A stretch of 32,000 nt of DNA from an uncultured Oscillospiraceae bacterium. Its GTDB lineage: Bacteria; Bacillota; Clostridia; Oscillospirales; Oscillospiraceae. Positions 1-7,471 of this stretch are shown here, piece by piece. The stretch is from positions 8,814 to 40,813 of the forward strand of contig CAKUJA010000004.1 in assembly GCA_934661135.1 (NCBI GenBank), read 5' to 3'. Positions within the stretch are counted from its first letter, which is position 1. The number at the start of each line of letters is the position of its first letter. Below the pieces are notes generated by a model. That model made no database searches and had not been told where the DNA came from. It saw only the letters and a list, made by a program, of their open reading frames with translations. Both the position numbers and the translations under genes were made by a program.

Positions 1-1358
1 GTGCGGAACAAACCCGCAAAGGATTCTGCGGCAAACGATGCGGCAGAAGCGGCAGAGCTTGCGGCAGAGACGTTTGCGGCATTTGCGGCAGAAGCGGCTG
101 ACGCTGCGGCAGAGCTGCGGCTGATGTGCAACGCGTAGATCGCAGTATCCAGCCGCGTGTCGCCCAGCTCATAGCGGCCGGTATAGCGGCTGAGGTTGTC
201 GTTTTCAATCGGCTTGAAGTCGTCGCCGTAGTAGGAGTACCAGTCCTGATCGTTGCCGGCATCGTCGCGGAAGGAGATGTCGCTGATCTGGACGGCGGTA
301 TGGATGGCGTCGCTGACATGGGACGCCTGATCGAGGTTTTGCAGGTGACGGCCATAGCCGATGAGCGCGGTACCGGCCGCCGTGCCCTCGCGATAGGCAA
401 AGAGGCTGTTGGTGGTGCGGTCGGTTGCGGCATCGTCGATATGCGCGTTTTCGCTGCTGACGGTGAGCCGGATATTCAGGTCGGCGCCGCAGCGGAGCTT
501 GCCCTCGGTCTGGGCATAGAAGCGGGCGGAGTCGCTCGTCAGGCTGTCGAGCACCCACGTGTAGCGGAAGGTGCGGCTGTTGACCTGCTCAAGCCGGTCG
601 GACGGCACGGTTCGCGTATACTCGTTCTGCCCATCGGACAGGCGGATGGTAAACGTCAGCGCATCCTCGGTCGGATTGCTGCAATAGAACGTGGCAATGA
701 GCTTTTCCGCATTGACAATCGTGATGCCAGGATAGAGCGCGTCGGCGGAATCGGTCTGCGCGACGTCGCCGCCATAGTAGCCGACAACCGCGCCGCCGGA
801 CAGACGGTTGCCCTTCACGCGCAGCAGATCGAGCGCCTGCATATCGGTGGGGATCGCATCCGTCTCGCTGTAAAACACGCCGTAGACGCTACCGCTGTCC
901 GGGTCATACTCGATATGCCACTGGTTATTCCAAAGCTCGAGGTCGACAGCGGACTCGGGCAGGACGGCATCGGCCGCATTGGAGAGCATCTCGCCTGCAT
1001 CACCGGTTTTCAGGGCGGACTCGACATAGCAGAGCGAATCGTCGCTCAGATCGGTGTCGGGCGCGACATCGCGCGGGGTGAGCCCCACCTTTTTGACACC
1101 GTTGCCGGCGTCGGCGCGGTATTGATACAGGCCGTCGTAGCCGGCGGCGCGCAGCTCCGCCATGCGGTTCTGCGCGGCGACATAGAGGATCTCGGCCTTG
1201 CTGTCCAGCTCCTTCTGGCGCAGGTTTTTGCGGATGGCCGTGACGGAGAGGAGGGCAATGCCCATCAGGACGATGAGCACGGCCACGACAATCAGCAGCT
1301 CCGTGAGCGTGAAGCCGGCGCAGCGGTGATTTTGTTGTTGCGGTTTGCGATGTGTCAT
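1..1358 (-). CDS. Large pilin-like protein with type IV prepilin leader (partial; C-terminus runs off the left window edge)
   Basis: Minus-strand frame is open from ATG at 1358 to position 1. It is absent from the ORF track because it has no stop in the window. It starts MTHRKPQQQNHRCAG/FTLTELLIVVAVLIVLMGIA, which is the G-F-T-L-x-E prepilin cleavage motif plus a hydrophobic helix. GGAG lies 9 nt upstream. The last visible residues are Ala/Ser-rich (..SRSSAAASAASAANAANVSAASSAASAAS..). The 126..1400 plus-strand ORF is its antisense shadow. Confidence 0.8.
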   Translation of the reverse strand, partial: MTHRKPQQQNHRCAGFTLTELLIVVAVLIVLMGIALLSVTAIRKNLRQKELDSKAEILYVAAQNRMAELRAAGYDGLYQYRADAGNGVKKVGLTPRDVAPDTDLSDDSLCYVESALKTGDAGEMLSNAADAVLPESAVDLELWNNQWHIEYDPDSGSVYGVFYSETDAIPTDMQALDLLRVKGNRLSGGAVVGYYGGDVAQTDSADALYPGITIVNAEKLIATFYCSNPTEDALTFTIRLSDGQNEYTRTVPSDRLEQVNSRTFRYTWVLDSLTSDSARFYAQTEGKLRCGADLNIRLTVSSENAHIDDAATDRTTNSLFAYREGTAAGTALIGYGRHLQNLDQASHVSDAIHTAVQISDISFRDDAGNDQDWYSYYGDDFKPIENDNLSRYTGRYELGDTRLDTAIYALHISRSSAAASAASAANAANVSAASSAASAASFAAESFAGLFR

Positions 1359-1450
1359 ACGTATCTACTCCAAGCGGAAGCCTTTTCGGAATATTGCTGA
1401 GAAAAAGCAGAAAACCGGGGCCATATACTGGATTCCGGTCTGCTCTATGG

Positions 1451-1987
1451 TCATCCAACCAGTTCAAAATAGGCAATGGTCAGCGTGACGCTGACGGTAT
1501 TGTCCTTCTGGAAGCTGATGGAACAATCTGATATTTGATTGATATTATCGCTGTCGTGCAGATCGTTGAGAATGCTGCGCGCCTGCGCGTAGGTATCGGT
1601 CGAGAACGTCAGGCTGAGCGGGCGGCGCATGATGTAGGCGCTATCCTCCAGCGGGGCGACGGCGCCGAAGTTGAGGGAATAGTCGCGCGAGCGGCCGAGC
1701 ACCGTGTTCAGCTCGACGAGCAGCGCGTCGGAATTATCGTAGGACGGGAGCGGCTTGACGCCGCCCGCGGCATGGATTTCCTCCAGCTCGGTTTGCATCT
1801 GCTGCATCTGCATGAGCACGGCTGTATTTTGCAGGATTTCATCCTGCTCGGCGGTCATATCCGCCTGATAGTCTGCAATTTTGTCGTTGATCGGCTCGAG
1901 CAGCAGCTTGAAATAGCCGATGCCGATGACAAGCACGGCGAGCACGACCAGCAGGACTTTTTCACGGGTGGTAAAGGCACGTCTCAT
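1451..1987 (-). CDS. pilO: PilO-like type IV pilus assembly protein
   Basis: 178 aa with an N-terminal TM helix (VLLVVLAVLVIGIGYF), a coiled-coil stretch (QMQQMQTELEE) and a C-terminal alpha/beta region. ATGA overlap with the upstream ORF. Sits after pilM/pilN. Assigned by architecture and synteny only. Confidence 0.65.
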   Translation of the reverse strand: MRRAFTTREKVLLVVLAVLVIGIGYFKLLLEPINDKIADYQADMTAEQDEILQNTAVLMQMQQMQTELEEIHAAGGVKPLPSYDNSDALLVELNTVLGRSRDYSLNFGAVAPLEDSAYIMRRPLSLTFSTDTYAQARSILNDLHDSDNINQISDCSISFQKDNTVSVTLTIAYFELVG

Positions 1988-2589
1988 GCTTCAGGCTCCT
2001 CTGCGGACTGCAAAATGATGGTGATGGAGAAATCGAGATCGGAATTGGCCGAGTCCTGCGTGGTGGACGCGATGGTCAGCGCGGCGCTGGCCACAATCGG
2101 CTGGCGCTGGAGGTCGGCAAACATGATGGAGATCTCCTCGAGGTTCATATCGGACATCGTGACGATGACGGTGTCGTTTTGGACGTAGAAGGAATTGACC
2201 GTGCCGCAGGACATCAGACGGGCTTCGAGCAGATCGAGCACGTCCATGCGGTCGACCGAGACGAACAGGCCGCTCGTCGTGTTTTGCATCCACTTGCGGG
2301 AGTAGGTGCGGTACTCCTGCTCGACGGCAGGATAGTTTGCAATGGCGTCCTGCATCTGGACGTACTGCTCATGCACGGAATCGTAGACCCGCTCGGCGGC
2401 GCTGAGCCGGTCGAACTGATCGAGCACGCCGAACTTGGCGACGGCGAAGGCCAACAGCGCAATCAGCAGTGCGCCGATGACGATCGTCAGCGTGCTCTGC
2501 GTACGGCTCTCGCGCTTGGCGAGGTTCACCGTGCGCTTGGCGGGGCATTTGACTGCCTTGCGCGATTTGGGTTTCGGTTCTTTGTTCAT
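1984..2589 (-). CDS. pilN: PilN-like type IV pilus assembly protein
   Basis: Start trimmed to MNKEPKPK at 2589, with GGAGGTG 6 nt upstream. Basic N-terminus, a single TM helix (LTIVIGALLIALLAFAVA) and a periplasmic-type domain. Lies immediately after pilM. Confidence 0.65.
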   Translation of the reverse strand: MNKEPKPKSRKAVKCPAKRTVNLAKRESRTQSTLTIVIGALLIALLAFAVAKFGVLDQFDRLSAAERVYDSVHEQYVQMQDAIANYPAVEQEYRTYSRKWMQNTTSGLFVSVDRMDVLDLLEARLMSCGTVNSFYVQNDTVIVTMSDMNLEEISIMFADLQRQPIVASAALTIASTTQDSANSDLDFSITIILQSAEEPEA

Positions 2590-2603
2590 GCGCCCACCTC
2601 CTC

Positions 2604-3602
2604 TCAGGCTTGCAGCGCGCAGCCGATGGCCTTGGCATAGAGCCACGGCTGCTCCAGCGCGGCGCCGTCCGGCAGCAGCTCGGCAACCGGGCGGATGTCG
2701 AGATTGGTCAGCTCGGTGATGGCCGCGCGGATCTGGCCGATGGCCGCGCCGCCGCCGCAGAGATAGATGCGCTGAAGCGTCTGTTCGCGGTTGTTGTAGT
2801 TGTAGAAATTGACGGCCTTCATAATTTCAACGGCCATGCGGTGATAGAGTTCCTGCGAGGCGGCGTCATCGAGCGCACCCTCATAGTCGCTGCGCAGATG
2901 CTCGAGCGCCATGTGCTCGTCGACGCCGCGCGTCTCGGACAGGCTGCGGACGAGATCGAACAGGCCAAGGTCGACCGTGCGGCGCATCATAAATACATCG
3001 TCGTGCAAAATCTGCATCCGGATGGCGTTGAAGCCGAGATCGACGAAGCAGTAGTCCGTCGGGGCGGCGGAGGCGCGCTTTTGATAGCCGGCCAGCAGTG
3101 CGGCATAGGCCGCTTCCTCGGGAATGGCCGATTTCAGGCGGAAGCCGGCGCGTCGGAGCATAGCGCGGTAGTCCTCGATCGTGGACTTGAGCGCTGCGCA
3201 GGCGAACAGGCGCATCTGGCGCACGGCGCCGGATGCGTCCTTGACAAGGCTCTGCACGGCATAGTCGAAATAGTAGCGGCTCTTTTCCTGCGTCAGATAA
3301 TCCTTAAACTCGAACGGCAGGTTGTAGGCGAGCTGCGCGTCGGTCATGGCCGGGACGTCGACATTGCGCGTAAAGACCTGCGACGCGGGCAGAATGACGG
3401 CGGCATTGGTGCGCGGGATGCCGTTCCGCCTGGCGGTATCGCGCAGGAAGTCCGCCATCGCGTCCATCGAGACGATCCCGCCGTTTGCAACCATGTGGTC
3501 GGGCAGATCGGCCGCGACCGCTTTTTTTCTTGTAGTTCCGGCATACCAGACCAGCTTGACCTGGGAACTGCCGATGTCCAATGCAACCAGATTTCCAGCC
3601 AT
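2604..3602 (-). CDS. pilM: PilM, actin-like ATPase of the type IV pilus assembly platform
   Basis: Starts MAGNLVALDIGSSQVKLV (actin/FtsA-like phosphate-1 motif) and contains LCGGGA late in the protein. RBS GTGAGG is upstream of ATG 3602; the track start at 3617 is a GTG extension. Confidence 0.85.
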   Translation of the reverse strand: MAGNLVALDIGSSQVKLVWYAGTTRKKAVAADLPDHMVANGGIVSMDAMADFLRDTARRNGIPRTNAAVILPASQVFTRNVDVPAMTDAQLAYNLPFEFKDYLTQEKSRYYFDYAVQSLVKDASGAVRQMRLFACAALKSTIEDYRAMLRRAGFRLKSAIPEEAAYAALLAGYQKRASAAPTDYCFVDLGFNAIRMQILHDDVFMMRRTVDLGLFDLVRSLSETRGVDEHMALEHLRSDYEGALDDAASQELYHRMAVEIMKAVNFYNYNNREQTLQRIYLCGGGAAIGQIRAAITELTNLDIRPVAELLPDGAALEQPWLYAKAIGCALQA

Positions 3603-3638
3603 GGTGCACGACCTCACTTTCCAAACACTTGTGCGCTT

Positions 3639-3802
3639 TAGGGTGTATCTGAAAACTCATGATGTGACCAGCAGCGAGGGATTTTTGCGTTGAGCAAGAC
3701 ATTTTTTCGCGGGAATACTGACGTATTTCAAGGAAAAATGACGCGGCGCACCGCAAAAAGACCCGCTGTCCGGGTGCATTGGGAGTTTTCAGATACACCC
3801 TA
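3639..3802. repeat. Perfect 20-bp inverted repeat pair (TAGGGTGTATCTGAAAACTC / GAGTTTTCAGATACACCCTA) bracketing 124 bp between pilD and pilM
   Basis: Left arm 3639-3658 and right arm 3783-3802 are exact reverse complements. The bases just inside and just outside both arms mismatch. The right arm contains the pilD TAG stop (3800-3802). Confidence 0.9.
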
Positions 3803-4597
3803 GAATAGCCGCAGGTACGCTTCCATCAGCCAGTCGCCGCAGAGCATCACAGCGATGGCGGCGGCGCAGATGGATGGCCCCCACGGGAACAGTTTCGCGT
3901 TTTCCTGCGCACGGCGCCGCTTTTGCGTGGCAAGCGCAAAGACGATGCCGAGCAGACAGGCAAAGAGCAGGCACAGAAGGTTCTTCGCCCAGCCGAGATA
4001 CAGGCCGGCGACAAACAGCAGCTTGAGGTCGCCGCCGCCCATGGCGTCGACCTTGCGGAGCTTTTCATAGAGCAGCACGACGGCCAGCAGTCCGCCGCCG
4101 ACGGCAAAGCCGCCGAGCAGCGCGTCCGGCAGGGTTCTGTGCCAGTCGCCCACGCAGAAGAAAAACGGAATACGGAGCAAAATCCCGGCCACGATAAACT
4201 GGTCGGGAATGATATATCCCTCCAAATCCGCGAAGGCGCTTGCCAGCAGAATCGACGCCAGCAGCAGCGCTTCGAGCGCTTGGAGCGAAATGTCATATTT
4301 GAACAGGAGCAGCACATAGCTCACGCCCGTGAGCACCTCCGCCCAGAGATGGCGCACAGACAGCCGCGCGCCGCACCAGCGGCAGCGGCCGCGGTTGACC
4401 AGATAGCTGAAAATTGGGAACAGGTCGAACGCGGAGAGCACATGGCCGCAGGCGTCGCAATGCGAACGGCCGCGGAGGACGGACTCTTGATGGACAATGC
4501 GCCACGACATACAGTTGAGAAAGCTGCCCATGCACGCGCCGAGCACAAACGCCAGCACGCCGCAATAGACCGCGATTCCGACAGATAGATACAGCAT
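3800..4597 (-). CDS. pilD: Prepilin peptidase (A24 family, PilD)
   Basis: 265 aa polytopic membrane protein. N-terminal CxxC..CxxC (HCDACGH...RCRWCGA). Two catalytic-Asp contexts (AFADLEGYIIPD and GGGDLKL). RBS GAGAGGA. Confidence 0.9.
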   Translation of the reverse strand: MLYLSVGIAVYCGVLAFVLGACMGSFLNCMSWRIVHQESVLRGRSHCDACGHVLSAFDLFPIFSYLVNRGRCRWCGARLSVRHLWAEVLTGVSYVLLLFKYDISLQALEALLLASILLASAFADLEGYIIPDQFIVAGILLRIPFFFCVGDWHRTLPDALLGGFAVGGGLLAVVLLYEKLRKVDAMGGGDLKLLFVAGLYLGWAKNLLCLLFACLLGIVFALATQKRRRAQENAKLFPWGPSICAAAIAVMLCGDWLMEAYLRLF

Positions 4598-4625
4598 GGC
4601 ACAGGTTCCTCTCTGCTTCTTTCAT

Positions 4626-4677
4626 CCGCACCATCGCAGGAGCCGCAACCCTCCGGCTCCGTTCGCGATTGATGCGG
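4626..4677 (-). promoter_or_regulatory. Long stem-loop immediately 3' of the major pilin gene (no U-tract)
   Basis: In the minus-strand RNA, CCGCAUCAAUCGC...GGAGCCG-GAGGGUUG-CGGCUCC...GCGAUGGUGCGG forms an inner perfect 7-bp stem plus an outer imperfect stem. This fits a transcript stabiliser or partial terminator between pilA and pilD. Confidence 0.4.
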
Positions 4678-4697
4678 GTTGTAATGGGGTTCGGTGA

Positions 4698-5090
4698 TTA
4701 GCCGATGTTCATGGACAGAGACAGCGTTTCGTACTTTGTGTTTTCCGGAGTGTAGGTGATCGTCCACTTATCAGCGGTCTTTGTGAAGGCAACAGCGCCA
4801 GCCTGCATCTTGACATCCGTACCGGCAACCGTCAGTGTGCCGCCCTTGGCGATATTGTTTGCGTCGGTGGGCAGATCATCAGCAGCTTTTTCTTCCAGCA
4901 TATAGGCAGCAGTGACTTCAGCATAGTAGGCACGGACGTTTGCCTTATCAGCGGAGACCTTCGCTCTGGTCAGGGCGTTGGAGAAGGTGGGGATGGCAAT
5001 GGCGACGATGATGGCGATGATCGCGACAACGATCAGCATTTCCATCAGGGTAAAGCCTTTTTTGTCTTTTTTCAACAGCTTGGAAATCAT
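4698..5090 (-). CDS. pilA: Major type IV pilin
   Basis: 130 aa starting MISKLLKKDKKG/FTLMEMLIVVAIIAIIVAIAIP, a textbook prepilin leader with Glu at +5. AAGGAG upstream. Confidence 0.9.
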   Translation of the reverse strand: MISKLLKKDKKGFTLMEMLIVVAIIAIIVAIAIPTFSNALTRAKVSADKANVRAYYAEVTAAYMLEEKAADDLPTDANNIAKGGTLTVAGTDVKMQAGAVAFTKTADKWTITYTPENTKYETLSLSMNIG

Positions 5091-5172
5091 GGTAAAAGAA
5101 CTCCTTTTACAAAATTTAATGTTATGCGTATCCGCCCGGGAGGGTTGTGCGCCGGGAGGTTAACGACTAAGA

Positions 5173-6381
5173 TTAGATCATGCTGCCGTACATGGAGAAC
5201 ATCGGCAGGTAGACAGCCAGCAGTAAGATCACCGTGACAATGGCAAGGCCGATTGTGATGGCCGGTTCGAGCAGGGCGAGGAGCCGGTCGGTCAGGATGG
5301 AGACCTCGTTGTCGAAATAGGCGCCGATGACGGTGAGGGTCTGCTCGAGATTGCCGGAGCGTTCGCCAACACCGGTCATTTCGGTCAGCATTTTGGGGAA
5401 GCAGGGCGACTCGGCCATGCAGTCGACCATGCTGCGCCCCTGCTCCACGCCCTGGCGCACGCTGCGAACGGCGCGGGCGACGGCGTAGTTGGCGACGACG
5501 TTCGAGGTGACCTCGAGCGCGCGGACAATCGGCAGGCCGGCGGTGAGCATCGTGGCCATGGCGGAGGCGAACTGCGAAGCGGCGTTCATGCTGTGCAGCC
5601 TGCGCAGCGGCGAGCGCTTCAGCTTGCCCTCGTCCTGCCGCAGGCGGCCACTGTCGGTTTTGCGCAGCAGCACGCGGATAAGCCAGATCAGAAGCGCCGC
5701 GCCGAGCAGAAGCCACCAGTCGTTCGTCATAAAGCGTGAGAAGGCGATCAGCCCCTTGGTGATGCCGGGAAGCTCAGCGCCGAGTTCTTCAAAGGTTTTT
5801 GTGAACATCGGGACGGCGACGAGCATGATGATGAGAAAGACGATGACGGCTACAAACAGGACGATGACCGGGTAGGTCAGCGTGCTGACGACTTTGGCGC
5901 GCGTCTTTGCGGATTTATCGTAGTAGGTGTGCAGGCGGTCGAAGCAGGTTTCGAGCGTACCGGCCTGTTCGCCGGCGCGGACGGTTTCGACAAACGTCGC
6001 GGGGAGGGTCGGGCAGTTGTTTTCAAAGCTCTGGGCAAGGCTGTATCCGCCGGAGACATCCTCGGCCACCTTTTCCAGCATCCGCCGGAGTTCCTTGCTC
6101 TTGGCCTGCGCAGCGACCATCTCGACGCAGCGCACCACCGGAAGGCCGGACGTGAGGATGATGGAAAACTGGGAGCAGAGGATGGCCAGCTCCTTGTCTT
6201 TGAGCTTGAGCCTGCCCGACTTGGCGGCCGACGCTGTGCTCTCCTTAACCGGCTCAATCTTCGTGATGATGGAGCAGGTGTCGCGCAGGCGCGCGACGGC
6301 TTCATACTCGTTGTACGCCTGAATGACGCCGGAGACCTTTACGCCGTCCTCCGAAAGGCCTTTGTACTTGTAGGTTGTCAA
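5173..6381 (-). CDS. pilC: Type IV pilus platform protein PilC (GspF family)
   Basis: 402 aa with two GspF-type repeats and TM helices. TTG start with GGGAGGTG 7 nt upstream. Confidence 0.9.
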   Translation of the reverse strand: MTTYKYKGLSEDGVKVSGVIQAYNEYEAVARLRDTCSIITKIEPVKESTASAAKSGRLKLKDKELAILCSQFSIILTSGLPVVRCVEMVAAQAKSKELRRMLEKVAEDVSGGYSLAQSFENNCPTLPATFVETVRAGEQAGTLETCFDRLHTYYDKSAKTRAKVVSTLTYPVIVLFVAVIVFLIIMLVAVPMFTKTFEELGAELPGITKGLIAFSRFMTNDWWLLLGAALLIWLIRVLLRKTDSGRLRQDEGKLKRSPLRRLHSMNAASQFASAMATMLTAGLPIVRALEVTSNVVANYAVARAVRSVRQGVEQGRSMVDCMAESPCFPKMLTEMTGVGERSGNLEQTLTVIGAYFDNEVSILTDRLLALLEPAITIGLAIVTVILLLAVYLPMFSMYGSMI

Positions 6382-6402
6382 GGCTGTTCACCTCCCGACG
6401 GG

Positions 6403-7464
6403 TTAAAACCGCCGATTTGCACCGGATTGGAACGCTTCGCGGTCACGGCAGCAGGAAAGCGCCGTCTCATAAGAGACCGTGCCGTCACGAACCATGTGCT
6501 GGAGCGCGCCGTCCATCGTGACGCTGCCGTTCTGGGCGTTCATTGTGATAAAGCTGTCGATCTGCGGGGTTTTTCCCTCGCGGATGAGATTGCGGATAGC
6601 ACTGTTGACGACCATGACCTCGCAGGCTGCTGCGCGGCCGCGACCGCTTTTACGCGGGAGGAGCTGCTGCGAGACGATGGCACGGAGCGTGGCGGACACT
6701 TGCAGGCGGATCTGCCGCTGCTGCCCCTCGGGGAACACGTTGACCATGCGGTCGATGGAATCGGCCGCGGAGTTGGTGTGCAGCGTGGCAAAGACCAGAT
6801 GGCCGGTCTCAGCGGCAGTGAGCGCCGTCTCGATTGTGGGCAGGTCGCGCATCTCGCCGATCAGGATGACGTCCGGATCTTCGCGGAGGATGGCGCGCAG
6901 GCCGTCGGCATAGCTGCGGGTGTCCGTGCCGATCTCGCGCTGGTTGATGATGCACTGATCCGGCGTGTAGAGATACTCGATCGGGTCCTCCAGCGTGATG
7001 ATGTGGCTCTTTCGGGTGTGGTTGATACGGTTGAGCAGCGCGGCCAGCGTCGTCGACTTGCCGGAGCCGGTCTCGCCGGTGACAAGCACGATGCCGCTGC
7101 GATAGTCGGGAAATTCGGAGATGACGGGCGGAAGCTCCAGCTCCTCAAGCTCCGGGATATGATCGGCCAGAATGCGGATGGCCGCCGAAACAGCGCCGCG
7201 CTGTCGGAACAGATTGATTCTCGTGCGCGCGCCGCAGAGAAAGCTGCGCGACAGATCCAGCTCACCGATGCGCTCCATCGCGGCGTATTCATCGCCGGCC
7301 AGCGCACGGGCGTAGACCTCGCAGTCCTCATGGGACAGCGGCTCGGTGGTGAGCGAACGGATGCTGTCGTCGACGCGGCATTTCACCGGCAGACCGCAGA
7401 CAATATGGATGTCGGACGCGCCGGACTCCTGTCCGCGCGCAATGAGTTCTTCCATGTCGAGCAT
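6403..7464 (-). CDS. pilT: PilT-type retraction ATPase
   Basis: 353 aa. N-terminal GASDIHIV, Walker A GETGSGKST, Asp/His boxes, and short PilT-size length. Confidence 0.9.
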   Translation of the reverse strand: MLDMEELIARGQESGASDIHIVCGLPVKCRVDDSIRSLTTEPLSHEDCEVYARALAGDEYAAMERIGELDLSRSFLCGARTRINLFRQRGAVSAAIRILADHIPELEELELPPVISEFPDYRSGIVLVTGETGSGKSTTLAALLNRINHTRKSHIITLEDPIEYLYTPDQCIINQREIGTDTRSYADGLRAILREDPDVILIGEMRDLPTIETALTAAETGHLVFATLHTNSAADSIDRMVNVFPEGQQRQIRLQVSATLRAIVSQQLLPRKSGRGRAAACEVMVVNSAIRNLIREGKTPQIDSFITMNAQNGSVTMDGALQHMVRDGTVSYETALSCCRDREAFQSGANRRF

Positions 7465-7471
7465 AGCTACC

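Noticed and set aside
126-1400. 424-aa plus-strand ORF, together with similar long ORFs at 1535-2188, 2610-3641, 3923-4588, 5929-7491, 7688-8959, 9358-10629, 11971-13578 (minus), 14827-15966, 16040-16948, 17199-17774 and 17925-18749
   Set aside because: All lie antisense to, and in codon register with, genes that have clear family signatures. Their translations are Ala/Arg/Gly/Val-rich with no motifs. These are typical shadow ORFs of GC-rich DNA.
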